Assembly: GCA_048939245.1 (NCBI GenBank)
Contig: JBHLPR010000034.1
Location: 1-22,579 of the forward strand
DNA length: 22,579 bases
DNA from: Promethearchaeota archaeon
GTDB taxonomy: Archaea > Asgardarchaeota > Hermodarchaeia > Hermodarchaeales > Hermodarchaeaceae
Reading direction: 5' to 3'
The translations under genes and the position numbers were made by a program. Under the pieces are notes generated by a model. That model saw only the letters and a program-made list of their open reading frames with translations, was not told the DNA's origin and made no database searches. Shown here piece by piece: positions 9,025-18,326 of the stretch (positions are counted from its first letter, which is position 1; every line of letters starts with the position of its first letter).

Positions 9025-9249
9025 GTGAACTACCCCACCCTAAAGTGTGGAGCTTCCTGCTTCATCCCATCGACTCGTGTCGACTGGTCCACAGGATTTA
9101 CTCGCCGTTCCGGCGATATTGCCCAGCCACCGGATGACCTTGGTTCTCGGCCCTAGTGATTGAGACTGCATCTAGTTTAGGTGGAAAATCTTAGCTTAAC
9201 TCCTCGATTCATACCTGCCCTCAAAGGTGGGGTCTTCTCTGGGATGAAG
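9025..9249 (-). mobile_element. Non-autonomous IS200/IS605-family miniature element (PATE-like) with a TnpB omegaRNA-type right end
   Basis: On the minus strand: TTTAT target (9254-9250), then a left-end hairpin AGAAGACCCCACCTTTGAGGGCAGGTATGAAT, and a right end ...CCTGTGGA...GATGAAGCAGGAAGCTCCACACTTTAGGGTGGGGTAGTTCAC ending in TCAC. No tnpA or tnpB ORF. Confidence 0.85.
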
Positions 9250-9279
9250 ATAAATACGAATTGAACAAGATTTTTTGTT

Positions 9280-10821
9280 ATGGCCGCTTCTGAATCTCTT
9301 TCTGCATCAACTTATGACGACTATGTGCCTGTAAAAGCAAAACTGGGATTTAGCGCAGCTAATACGTCAAATATCCTCTTATCTGGTTTGGCTCTTGGAG
9401 CTATTGATATTTTTTATCTCAAATTCTATAATTTGGACCCCCGACTCCTAGCAATCTCTTGGATTCTGTTCATGGGATGGAATGCTGTTAATGACCCATT
9501 GATTGGGATTATTCAAGATAGAACTAAATCCAAACTTGGGCGCCGAGTTCCTTACTTGCGGTACGGGGTGATCCCGTATACGATAGCTTTTCTGTTAGTC
9601 TGGTTTCCTTTCATTTTTAATTCACAGGTCCTTTATTCTTTATTTGCGCAATGGTTTCCAGGAATCAACACTACTGATGTGGGCTTGTTTTGGAATCATT
9701 TGATGATGCTATTTATTTTCGACACGTTGTTTAGCATGATTGGTTTGATATGCAATATTCTCCCTGCCGAAATGGCTGTTACGGCACAAGAGCGGACGAA
9801 TGTTGTAGCCTTTGCTACGATTTTGGGGGTGCCTGGTTCAATCCTTTCGGTTATTCTTCCGATTATGTTACTCGGTGGAGACAGCCCCGATAAAACTACT
9901 TTTTTAATCGTGATGGTGGTTATTGCCATTATTGCAGGGGTATTGCTGTATGTATCGAGTTATTTCATTAAGGAAAATCGCTATGCGGTGACTGAGAAAC
10001 CATTGGGCTTCAAAGAGAGTATTATCGACACTTTCAAGAACAAGCCATTTCTAATCTTGGAAGTCACCATCTTTTCGTTTGTGGTACTTCAAGAGTCGAT
10101 GTTTAGCGGATTAGTTTATTTAATGGATTTTGTTTTGATTATTACTGGCTGGATGTCAATCGTTTCTCTTATCCCAGTTGTGATTGTGTTTGGCTGGGTG
10201 TTATGGAAGCTGCTGAGTAAAATCTCTAGTCTTGGACTCCGAAAAACCATGTTGAGGGCGTCTTTCATTGCGATAATCGGATATATTCTATTCTTGGTGA
10301 TTGGATTGTTCTGGGGTCCACGAGTATCTGTGGAGATGGTCGTGATTGCACTAGGTTTAATGTTTGTGGGATTATTGACGTTCGTGATGATCAACCAACC
10401 TTTGTTGGGGGAGGCCATTGATTATGATGAGATTCTCACTGGGAAACGCCGAGAAACGACATATTCAGGAGTCAACGCATTAATCACCAAGCCTGGAGTA
10501 TCGATTGCGCATTTCCTCACACTCTCAATTATGGCGATGTTTGGTTATAACGCCGACCTTCCCGTCTCAGCACAACCTACATCAGTGTCGATGGGAGTTT
10601 TCCTTGTGTTTACAGTAGTACCAATAGGTTTCCTCCTTATTGGTAGCCTCGCAATGATGAAATATCCCCTTCATGGTGTGGAGTGGAAAGATCAAAAGCT
10701 CCACCTGCAGAAGATTCACACGCAGAAAGAGCAGGAGTACTTGGTTTATCTCGAAGAGGTGATATTGAACAAGAAAGAGAATATCGAGGATAAAACACAA
10801 TCAGATGAACCGCATGGATAG
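9280..10821 (+). CDS. MFS transporter, glycoside-pentoside-hexuronide (MelB/MFS_2) family
   Basis: WNAVNDPLIGIIQDRTKSKLGRRVPY and DYDEILTGKRRETTYSG motifs, about 12 TM helices. Confidence 0.92.
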   Translation: MAASESLSASTYDDYVPVKAKLGFSAANTSNILLSGLALGAIDIFYLKFYNLDPRLLAISWILFMGWNAVNDPLIGIIQDRTKSKLGRRVPYLRYGVIPYTIAFLLVWFPFIFNSQVLYSLFAQWFPGINTTDVGLFWNHLMMLFIFDTLFSMIGLICNILPAEMAVTAQERTNVVAFATILGVPGSILSVILPIMLLGGDSPDKTTFLIVMVVIAIIAGVLLYVSSYFIKENRYAVTEKPLGFKESIIDTFKNKPFLILEVTIFSFVVLQESMFSGLVYLMDFVLIITGWMSIVSLIPVVIVFGWVLWKLLSKISSLGLRKTMLRASFIAIIGYILFLVIGLFWGPRVSVEMVVIALGLMFVGLLTFVMINQPLLGEAIDYDEILTGKRRETTYSGVNALITKPGVSIAHFLTLSIMAMFGYNADLPVSAQPTSVSMGVFLVFTVVPIGFLLIGSLAMMKYPLHGVEWKDQKLHLQKIHTQKEQEYLVYLEEVILNKKENIEDKTQSDEPHG

Positions 10822-10909
10822 AAAAAACTTGTTCATTATCTCAATCGGCTCAAAAGACCTGATCATTGTTTGATTTAATTTGTATTCCAATGGTTTAAGA
10901 CGTTTGGAT

Positions 10910-12523
10910 CTATTTTCTCATCATTTTTTTAGGATTAACGGTCATTTCGATGCCATAGCCTAAAAATGTCAGTCCAATAACAAAGGCAGCTATGCATATT
11001 CCAGGAGGGAAGAACATCCACCATGCTCCATAAGCAAGGGCATTCCCGTAGAATGCAACGGCAATCATTCGGCCCCAAGAAACAAAGTTGATGGGTAAGA
11101 ATATTGGTGAACTTGGAGTTCCTCGAAATTCGTCGAAGTTGTGTCGATAATCAAAGAAACCTAAACTGGCTTCGATTGTTACAGCAGTAGCTGCAATCAA
11201 TGTTAATTGAACCAGAAAAATTGTCAAAACATTTGGTAAGATTGTTCGAAAAATTAAGTATCGGGAACCGGCTCCCGCTGCGCGGGTAGATTCCACGTAG
11301 CCTTTTTCTTTTTCAACTAAAACTTGAGAACGAATTACTTTTGCCGTTTGAGGCCAAGTTAATAATGCTATGATCAAAATCATGAATTCGTAACTTGCCC
11401 CTTGCAGCACTACCATTAATACCATTAGAATCGGTAAAATTGGAAAAATGAGGAATAAATTCGAAACTGCCATTATAATTTCGTCTACAGCCCCACCTGT
11501 ATAACCTGCAATAAGTCCGGTGCAGAGACCGATTGTACCGCTAATTAATGCGGTTGATAAGGCGACATAGAGTGATATATGAGATGCCCAAAAGAGCTGT
11601 GATAGAATATCGTTACCATCCGTACTCGTTCCAAGCAAGCCGTAATAACGGCTTACTCCCCGGATTTCCATTTGATCGAACCAAAATTCGATGGTTCCGG
11701 TTCGACTTGCATCTTCTTCTGTAAAGTATAGTCCGAATTCGATGGTCACATTTTCAAAAGGTCGAAAAATGTGATTGCAGAGGAGGGAAACAATTGGCCG
11801 TCGATAAATTTCCCAATCAGAGTTGAATGAAGTAAATTCAAAATGATAGTAATTTACCGATACAGGAGGTGTGTCATTTGGAAGATATACTTCCAGATAT
11901 GGGATGACGGAATTGTGTGTGAAATTACCTGTGAATTTTGATTTCATAGCAAATTGAATAGCAATATCTGCTGGCGTACGATAGGGAAAGATGAAACTAA
12001 TTTTCCCCCATACGCTTTCTGAATATGCATCTGAGCTATTATTCTCAAATAGAGAAAATTTAACAGAACGTTGACCGGCAATAAATTCATCCATATCATA
12101 CGAAAAGTTGGCAACAGAGGGGTTAGAAGCGCCCATTATACAACTAGAGTTGTCTGTAAAAAAGGGGTCTGGAATGTAATTACCCGTGGGAGCTGCAAGA
12201 GGATCAAGAAAGGCTAACCAACCAGGCGCACACTTTGGTGGTCCCACAACATTTCCAACCCGTAATCCAGGATAGATTGGGAATAATATCGGTGCTAGAA
12301 TAGCCATGAAAATAGTGAACAAAATAATTCCGAGCCCAACAGGACCATACTTGGAATGGTAAAAATTCATCCATAAATTTTTGATATGCTCTTTCGGAGT
12401 TTGCCGATGTCTTATTCTTTGTTGGTTCATTATTACAAAGCACAGTTCGGAGTTTTCTGGTATATTGTATGCGGTGATGAGTTTGACGTGTGACGTATTA
12501 AGCTTTTGGAGTTGTTCAGCCAT
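10910..12523 (-). CDS. Peptide/nickel ABC transporter permease (DppC/OppC-like) with a large extracytoplasmic insertion
   Basis: LLGTSTDGNDILSQL, EAA motif YVESTRAAGAG, ILPN, EASLGF, SWG and AWWMFFPPG. An alternative start is ATG 12430. Confidence 0.9.
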   Translation of the reverse strand: MAEQLQKLNTSHVKLITAYNIPENSELCFVIMNQQRIRHRQTPKEHIKNLWMNFYHSKYGPVGLGIILFTIFMAILAPILFPIYPGLRVGNVVGPPKCAPGWLAFLDPLAAPTGNYIPDPFFTDNSSCIMGASNPSVANFSYDMDEFIAGQRSVKFSLFENNSSDAYSESVWGKISFIFPYRTPADIAIQFAMKSKFTGNFTHNSVIPYLEVYLPNDTPPVSVNYYHFEFTSFNSDWEIYRRPIVSLLCNHIFRPFENVTIEFGLYFTEEDASRTGTIEFWFDQMEIRGVSRYYGLLGTSTDGNDILSQLFWASHISLYVALSTALISGTIGLCTGLIAGYTGGAVDEIIMAVSNLFLIFPILPILMVLMVVLQGASYEFMILIIALLTWPQTAKVIRSQVLVEKEKGYVESTRAAGAGSRYLIFRTILPNVLTIFLVQLTLIAATAVTIEASLGFFDYRHNFDEFRGTPSSPIFLPINFVSWGRMIAVAFYGNALAYGAWWMFFPPGICIAAFVIGLTFLGYGIEMTVNPKKMMRK

Positions 12524-12739
12524 GTAGGTCTGATACCGTTATTGGCTTGATCATTTTCGATGTCGGATATGTCATAATCTTGGGCATCATTGTCATAATT
12601 GTGATAATTACAGTCACATATAATTTTTCAAAAAATGAATAAGAAGAATCAATCTAAAATGAAAATCTGTTGTTTTTGTGAGAGTGATATGCTCAATATA
12701 ATTCGAGGTTAAATGATTTTTACATGATAAGAGTATTAA

Positions 12740-12880
12740 CCTACAAAATTTTTCATATGATGTTTCTTAGCCACAAAGACCAAAGAAGGCGTTTCTGGGG
12801 AGCGATAACCGCGTAAGTTTTTCAAAGATTTTTTTCGGGTAGTAACCAGAAAAGCCACCTCACTTCACTCATTGCCAAAG
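12740..12880 (+). repeat. Dispersed cassette-boundary repeat, copy A
   Basis: CCTACAAAATTT-N18-GCCACAAAGACCAAAGAAGGCGTTTCTGGGGAGCGATAACCGCGTAAG...TAACCAGAAAAG, with tail TTGCCAAAG. Confidence 0.9.
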
Positions 12881-13055
12881 AGTTTCATTTTTCTGCAGAT
12901 ATTTATTGTCTTAACTTTTTTCCGCTTCGACTTAGTAGAAGAATCTGTTGATATGTTGGAAAAAAAGACTATTGGGTTTTTCCACTGAATTCTCCTTTGA
13001 GCGGGAGAAAAGAACTACCAGATAGATAATAGAAGTCAAAAACCTCTATCAGTGC

Positions 13056-13092
13056 AAAAAAACCAAGAAGGCGGTTGATAAGCACCGCCTTC
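13056..13092 (-). terminator. Hairpin + U-tract terminator-like structure after the DUF308 gene
   Basis: Perfect 9-bp stem GAAGGCGGT/ACCGCCTTC (13067-13092), followed on the minus strand by a T7 run. Confidence 0.6.
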
Positions 13093-13135
13093 AGCTATAA
13101 CGCCTATATCCCTAATAAGTAGGCAGTTTGGTTGC

Positions 13136-13684
13136 TTAGTGGTGACCTGTGATTCCTTTGACGAGGGCATTAAATCCAAACATCATGAAGCCAAGGGCTA
13201 CATAGATGATAAGAAGTAGATATCCAAATCCAGGTAAAGCGATGACTACAAAGGATAAGATAATGCCGATGAAACCAATGATAACAAGCCACCCACGATA
13301 CCAACCTGGAAGCTCAGTTATCATTGCACCAAAAACAATGGTATTTAAGCCGTTTACAAGGAGACCTATGACTAGTAACCAAATCAGCAGAAGTTCACCA
13401 AAAGCGGGGAAGGCGATTACCAGACTGGCTAACGAAAGCATAAGGATTCCAAGTATGACGGTAAGGACCCTTAGCCAAGTAGGTGTTTGTTTAGACAGAA
13501 GTCCCCCGACCAAATTACCAACCCCTAAGAAGATAAGAATCACTCCGAGAAAGGTAATTAAAACGAGTATCGTTAGGACTTGTAGCCAATCAAACCATAT
13601 AACTGCAAAGGCGACACCGATAGTAATGAAACCAACGATGATATTGAGAATACGTAACCACATAGGAATTACTGTTTCACTCAT
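13136..13684 (-). CDS. HdeD/DUF308-like membrane protein
   Basis: Three internal repeats (WLRILNIIVG, WLRVLTVILG, WYRGWLVIIG) and six TM helices. ATG 13684 (MSETVIP) is preferred over 13762. Confidence 0.75.
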   Translation of the reverse strand: MSETVIPMWLRILNIIVGFITIGVAFAVIWFDWLQVLTILVLITFLGVILIFLGVGNLVGGLLSKQTPTWLRVLTVILGILMLSLASLVIAFPAFGELLLIWLLVIGLLVNGLNTIVFGAMITELPGWYRGWLVIIGFIGIILSFVVIALPGFGYLLLIIYVALGFMMFGFNALVKGITGHH

Positions 13685-13897
13685 TAAGAATGCACCATTG
13701 GTGGGGTGAAAAAGAACCCTTAATATGTGTTTAGCTTTTATGAAAGCTGATTCGAACAACATGAATTGAACTTTTAGTGAAAAAACGAATTTCAGCTAAG
13801 AAACCAATTGTTCGTTTTTATTTGATAGATTAACAGAAGTACCTAAGGCTTTTATCGAAGATGAATGCAATGAGGGATAATAATCCTCTTTGGTGAA

Positions 13898-14257
13898 TTG
13901 ATAATGGTAGCAGGAATTATTGGCACCGCTATAATCTTCATCGTTGATTGGATCGTGATATCTGTTGTCATTATGCTTGCAGGTAAACTCGTCGCTGGTA
14001 TGGAGGCTACGTTCAAGCGGGCACTACTAGCCAGCTTAGTTGCTGCAATCGTTGGAACTTTAGTATATTACGGTATAGAGTGGTTCTTTCCATCACTCGG
14101 ATGGCTCTCAGGGGTCATCGTTTTCATTCTATATCTGGCGATTATCAGATATTACTTCCAGACTGGATGTATCGGCGCATTACTAGTGGCTATCATTGCC
14201 CTCATTTTGTGGATCATTCTCGCCTATCTTTTCACAGCCTTCCTCCCAGGATTCTAA
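13898..14257 (+). CDS. Small four-TM membrane protein, function unknown
   Basis: 119 aa hydrophobic ORF with a GGTGA SD-like sequence upstream. The start may be ATG 13904. Confidence 0.75.
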   Translation: MIMVAGIIGTAIIFIVDWIVISVVIMLAGKLVAGMEATFKRALLASLVAAIVGTLVYYGIEWFFPSLGWLSGVIVFILYLAIIRYYFQTGCIGALLVAIIALILWIILAYLFTAFLPGF

Positions 14258-14277
14258 GCGCCAGCTAAGAAAAAACC

Positions 14278-14309
14278 AGGAGCCCTTTGTGGCTCCTACC
14301 CTCTTTTTT
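14278..14309 (+). terminator. Hairpin + U-tract terminator-like structure
   Basis: AGGAGCC-CTTTGT-GGCTCCT stem-loop followed by T6, 20 nt after the stop at 14257. Confidence 0.55.
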
Positions 14310-14405
14310 ATGAATGGGTATTTGTAGACATATGCTTTAAAGAGTCATTCTGCCATTTCTTGAGAAATAGTATTTGAGCTTCACATCTTCTTAGGAGTAA
14401 GTACT

Positions 14406-15473
14406 ATGAAAAAGAGTGAACGCCCTCGTGGAGTGAAAATCCTTGTTATGATTTGGTCACTGAATGCAATGTTTCACCTTGGGATTGCCTTTTTTCGCGT
14501 TTTGACAGGAATTGGAATGTTGGAAGGAATTTACCCTTCTGATCCAAGCATTCCGAATTTTATTGATACCATCACTAACACCCTTAGGATCCTAGGCACG
14601 CCAGAAAATGTCATTGCCATCGTAGAAAGCGTAAAGGGACTTTTAGCAGGGATTGAGGGCAGCTTCTACATAATTTCTGGGGTCATATATTTAGGCATAG
14701 CAACCATCTATGCCTACATAAGCATCAACATTTGGTATATGGACTACCAAGCCATCTGGAAAGCTATTCTTATCAACATTTTAGAAATCGTCTTTTTCAT
14801 CAGCGTTTTTCAAACCATACTCAACCTCATAATTCAATTTCTGTGTATACTATCAATTGGGGTAATTATCATTATGAGCAGTTATCTCATCTTGAGACGA
14901 AATCTCTTCATTAATCGAAGAAAAGCCCGGGAAGAAGAACTCTTGGAAGGTGAAAAAGTCCCTAATCAACGACCTATGATTTACGGTATAATCGGGGGGG
15001 TAACCCTAATCCTTGTCCAGCGTAGTGGGCGAATACCCATTGTAACCTGGCTGCCACTCCTTCTTGGTCTGATTTTTATTCCCGAAATGACTCCTGAATT
15101 AATCACCTTGCTGATATTGTTAGACATTCTCGCATGGTGTGGTGGCTTCATCGTCATTGCCGGTGTGGTGCTCCTCTGGAGGGAGAATTATAATGGGGCA
15201 AAATTCCTAATGGGAATAGGTTCGGGATTTGGAATTGTTGGACTCTTAACGTGGTTTGCCATTGATTATGTCTTCAGCGCGATTTACCCTCTCGAGTACA
15301 CAATCATCCAATATGTTGAATTTTTTGGACTCTTACTAGTTCTTTTAGCTCGTGTGAGTATTCGCACGCCCAAGCAGTGGAAGAGAATCCTCGAACATCG
15401 GGCAAAGGAAGAAGCCGCCAAAGAGCGCTGGAGGTCCCGTTGGAGGAGGTTTACCAGTTGGCTAAGGAAGTAG
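14406..15473 (+). CDS. Polytopic membrane protein, function unknown
   Basis: 355 aa, about 8 TM helices, SD AGGAG upstream, basic C-tail. Confidence 0.8.
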   Translation: MKKSERPRGVKILVMIWSLNAMFHLGIAFFRVLTGIGMLEGIYPSDPSIPNFIDTITNTLRILGTPENVIAIVESVKGLLAGIEGSFYIISGVIYLGIATIYAYISINIWYMDYQAIWKAILINILEIVFFISVFQTILNLIIQFLCILSIGVIIIMSSYLILRRNLFINRRKAREEELLEGEKVPNQRPMIYGIIGGVTLILVQRSGRIPIVTWLPLLLGLIFIPEMTPELITLLILLDILAWCGGFIVIAGVVLLWRENYNGAKFLMGIGSGFGIVGLLTWFAIDYVFSAIYPLEYTIIQYVEFFGLLLVLLARVSIRTPKQWKRILEHRAKEEAAKERWRSRWRRFTSWLRK

Positions 15474-15491
15474 CTATCTGCAGAGTATTAT

Positions 15492-15637
15492 TCTGAGAAA
15501 TTTACCCTCAGCTAGTGCACGCCTGCAAAGACTAAAGAAGGCATTTCTGGGGACGATGACCGCATAGGGTTTTCAGGGATTTTCTTGAGTGATGACCAGA
15601 AAAGTAGGCTTCTTTTATTGTCATCACACCGGTAAAG
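15492..15637 (+). repeat. Dispersed cassette-boundary repeat, copy B
   Basis: TCTGAGAAATTT-N18-CCTGCAAAGACTAAAGAAGGCATTTCTGGGGACGATGACCGC...GTGATGACCAGAAAAG...GTCATCACACCGGTAAAG. Confidence 0.9.
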
Positions 15638-15822
15638 CACTTGTTTAGTTACATATACCCAAGATTCGTTTCATCTATGTTCTACCGTTACGAAAACATT
15701 ACCCTTTTTGTGCCTTTTTTCGAAATAACATTGAGCTTCGACAATTTGTACAAACGAGTAAGCTCTTGTTGTTCCACTGTTCTACTCCAACTCGCTCTGC
15801 TCGACATAGTCATTGGATCTTA

Positions 15823-17286
15823 TTAGTTTCCACCCCTAAAATCAGGGAACTGGTTCCCAGTGAATAATTGCGGAGCTACTTCCGAATATCCTGCCGCGAT
15901 CCGGTGTGCTGTGAGATCATCATAGGACTGGGCCACGATTTGAAGACCGGTTGGCATACCCTCAGAGGACCGCCCTGTGGGGGCATTGATGACAGGATAC
16001 CAGTTGAGAATATTAAACAGTGGCGTTAAGATCCAGCCAGCAAGCGAGTTAACCTCGACGCCATTGATGACCGTTGTGTCCTGGGTGTAATCGAGATCCG
16101 CTGGGATGTGACTGGTCGCTAGTGTGGGCATGACCATGGCATCATACCCTTTGAGGAAGATTTTGCTCTGGAGATGGTTGTTGGCGGCTTTGATGTTGTT
16201 TTCGTATTGGAGCGCTTCTTTCGCACCATACCCGCCTGTTGCCGCTTTATCCACAAAGTCCTTCCCATAAGTCGTCATTTGATCCCTTTGAGATGCGAAC
16301 CTCCCGAGCGTAGCCCCTTGTGGTCCATACAGTGCCGCTTCAACCAGGGCAAATCTTAGATCATCTGCGGTAACACCAAGGTCGAGGTCCACCTCATCAA
16401 CAACGGCACCAGCCTGCCGTAACAGATCGACGGCTTTGGCAGTATTTTTCGCCGTGTCAGTATCAATCTGCGCCCAACTTTGATCCGGGCTAAAGGCGAT
16501 ACGCACCCCTTTGAGGTCGGAATATTCTAACGGGAGTTCCAACTTCGGGCGAATGGTTGAAGGACTATAAGGATGCGGACCAGAGATGGTGTTCTGCATA
16601 TGGATGATATCAAGCAGCGTCCGAGCCATAGGCCCATTGGAAGCGATGACTAACAAAATCTCCGTGGTAGGCACACGCCCATAAGGGGGCTTGTATCCGT
16701 AAAGCCCATTGAACGCACATGGGATGCGAATCGACCCACCCATGTCTGAACCCGTTGCAAGGGTACAAAACCCCGCCGCTAATGCCGCCCCAGACCCACC
16801 AGATGATCCACCAACAGCGTATTTGAGGTTCCAAGGGTTCCGAGTAACACCCCATAAATCAGTCCAAGTGACCCCAGAAAAGCAAAACTCAGGTACCGTG
16901 GTTTGGATGTGTAGGATCGCCCCAGCTTCAAGCAATTTATTCGTAACCGGATCAGTTGCTTCAAGTTTGGCATCTTTATACAGCTTCGAGCCTTGGGTGA
17001 CTATCCAACCCGCCATTCCGTGTTCGTCTTTCATTCCAACTGTAATTCCTTCGAGGGGTCGCGGATTCCCTTGCTTATACCGCTTTTCAGATTCTTTTGC
17101 AGCTTTTCGGGCGGAATCAAAATGGGTGTAGGTGATAGCGTTAACTTTCTCATTCTCTGCTTCGATGCGAGATATTTGGGCTTCCAGAACATCAACAGGC
17201 GAAATCTCCTGGGCCTTGAAAAGCTCAAGAAGCCGGTGTGCAGGGGCGTAAACAAGTTCCAAATCAGAATTACCCACAGATATCAC
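15823..17286 (-). CDS. Amidase (amidase-signature family)
   Basis: Catalytic Lys in GMKD, plus TRNPWN, GGSSGGS, GSDMGGSIRIP and GYKP motifs. Confidence 0.95.
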   Translation of the reverse strand: MISVGNSDLELVYAPAHRLLELFKAQEISPVDVLEAQISRIEAENEKVNAITYTHFDSARKAAKESEKRYKQGNPRPLEGITVGMKDEHGMAGWIVTQGSKLYKDAKLEATDPVTNKLLEAGAILHIQTTVPEFCFSGVTWTDLWGVTRNPWNLKYAVGGSSGGSGAALAAGFCTLATGSDMGGSIRIPCAFNGLYGYKPPYGRVPTTEILLVIASNGPMARTLLDIIHMQNTISGPHPYSPSTIRPKLELPLEYSDLKGVRIAFSPDQSWAQIDTDTAKNTAKAVDLLRQAGAVVDEVDLDLGVTADDLRFALVEAALYGPQGATLGRFASQRDQMTTYGKDFVDKAATGGYGAKEALQYENNIKAANNHLQSKIFLKGYDAMVMPTLATSHIPADLDYTQDTTVINGVEVNSLAGWILTPLFNILNWYPVINAPTGRSSEGMPTGLQIVAQSYDDLTAHRIAAGYSEVAPQLFTGNQFPDFRGGN

Positions 17287-17460
17287 CAGTACGAATTTCT
17301 TATGGAAATGTCAGCGATTAAAAACCTACTGGTATTCCGAATGACTTGAATTTGAATAAATCCTTAGAAAACAGTATTTACATCTACGTTGGAGAATAAT
17401 GCTAACGATTAAGATGGCTCTTTCTTCAGTAGATAAATGGTTTGAAGCGACTGCGTTTTA

Positions 17461-17506
17461 TGGAGTTTATCATATTTTAGGAGGCGTTTCTGGGGGCGAT
17501 AACCGC
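17461..17506 (+). repeat. Dispersed cassette-boundary repeat, copy C (partial)
   Basis: TGGAGTTTATCATATTTTAGGAGGCGTTTCTGGGGGCGATAACCGC. The left flank resembles copy G and similarity stops just after the core. Confidence 0.8.
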
Positions 17507-17575
17507 AAAAATAATCTTCTGTAATAAATGGAGAAATTAATACCTTCAAATGCCATTATTGGACTCGCTACCCTA

Positions 17576-18076
17576 TCATTTTTCATCCAATTCAAGTATT
17601 GTTTCTACTGTCCATTTAGCAGCGTTTTCCGTTACAGAAGAACATTTTTCAACTGGCTTCGTTTCCATAAATGCTTGGATATCCTCAGGATTGAGAGAAT
17701 CATATGATCTCCCATACAATTTCGTTTGTATTTCACTGCACAAGAAGCCGCCATACTCTTGATTGAACTTTTCTCGAAGCAGCTTCACGACGCCCCATAT
17801 CTTCTCCGTTGTTGGTCCCATACTCTTGTATTTCTCTCGGTTCACTCCGTACTTCAGTCCTATTGCCGCTATTCCTCCACAAATAGAGCCGCAACCTCCG
17901 CTAAGACTGGATAAACCAATCATTGCCTTGAACAAAGAATCGCAGACTTCCAAGTCTAATGTATCAGCCACTGCTAAGAGAGTGGCTTGAGCGCAGCCTC
18001 CGTATTTCGACATATATTCTTTGCCTAATCGTCTTGCTTTTTCTATGAGTTGTTCATTTTTAGACATAATCATCAA
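17576..18076 (-). CDS. C-GCAxxG-C-C family putative redox-active protein
   Basis: YGGCAQA, GCGSICGG, LCSEI and KCS cysteine pattern. Confidence 0.88.
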   Translation of the reverse strand: MMIMSKNEQLIEKARRLGKEYMSKYGGCAQATLLAVADTLDLEVCDSLFKAMIGLSSLSGGCGSICGGIAAIGLKYGVNREKYKSMGPTTEKIWGVVKLLREKFNQEYGGFLCSEIQTKLYGRSYDSLNPEDIQAFMETKPVEKCSSVTENAAKWTVETILELDEK

Positions 18077-18212
18077 CCAATTCGTTTCGGATATATGGCA
18101 AATCTCTACTAAAAACGAGTTAAAAAAAGTAATGAGTTCGAGTCATAAGACCAATTGAGGATTTCTCACGAAAAATGAAGTTGAGTATAGTGTTTTGAGA
18201 AGAGATAGTTTT

Positions 18213-18326
18213 CCTGCAAAATTTGTTATATGGTAGATTGTACCCGCAAAGACTAAAGAAGGCATTTTGGGTGGCGATAACCGTTTATTTTTTTCCGGAG
18301 TTTTCTTGACCGACAACGGGAAATAG
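18213..18326 (+). repeat. Dispersed cassette-boundary repeat, copy D
   Basis: CCTGCAAAATTT-N18-CCCGCAAAGACTAAAGAAGGCATTTTGGGTGGCGATAACCG...TCCGGAGTTTTCTTGACCGACAACGGGAAA. Confidence 0.92.

Noticed and set aside
9025-9249. IscB/HEARO RNA on the plus strand
   Set aside because: The 5' hairpin looks similar, but the minus-strand reading gives a coherent TTTAT target, left end and TnpB-type right end ending in TCAC, and no iscB ORF follows.
12570-12610. TGTCATAAT repeated twice upstream of the permease
   Set aside because: Short and in AT-rich DNA. It may be an operator but is not distinguishable from chance.
13065-13073. AAGAAGGCG matching the repeat core, as a possible eighth copy
   Set aside because: Only 9 nt match, and they are explained as one arm of a terminator-like hairpin.
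13206-13709. Antisense ORFs over membrane and other genes (e.g. 13206-13709, 7232-7735, 3468-3881, 16709-17131)
   Set aside because: Shadow ORFs opposite well-supported genes, with no recognisable motifs.
15823-17286. Amidase as GatA
   Set aside because: No gatB or gatC neighbours, and it sits alone between repeats, so a general amidase is more plausible.
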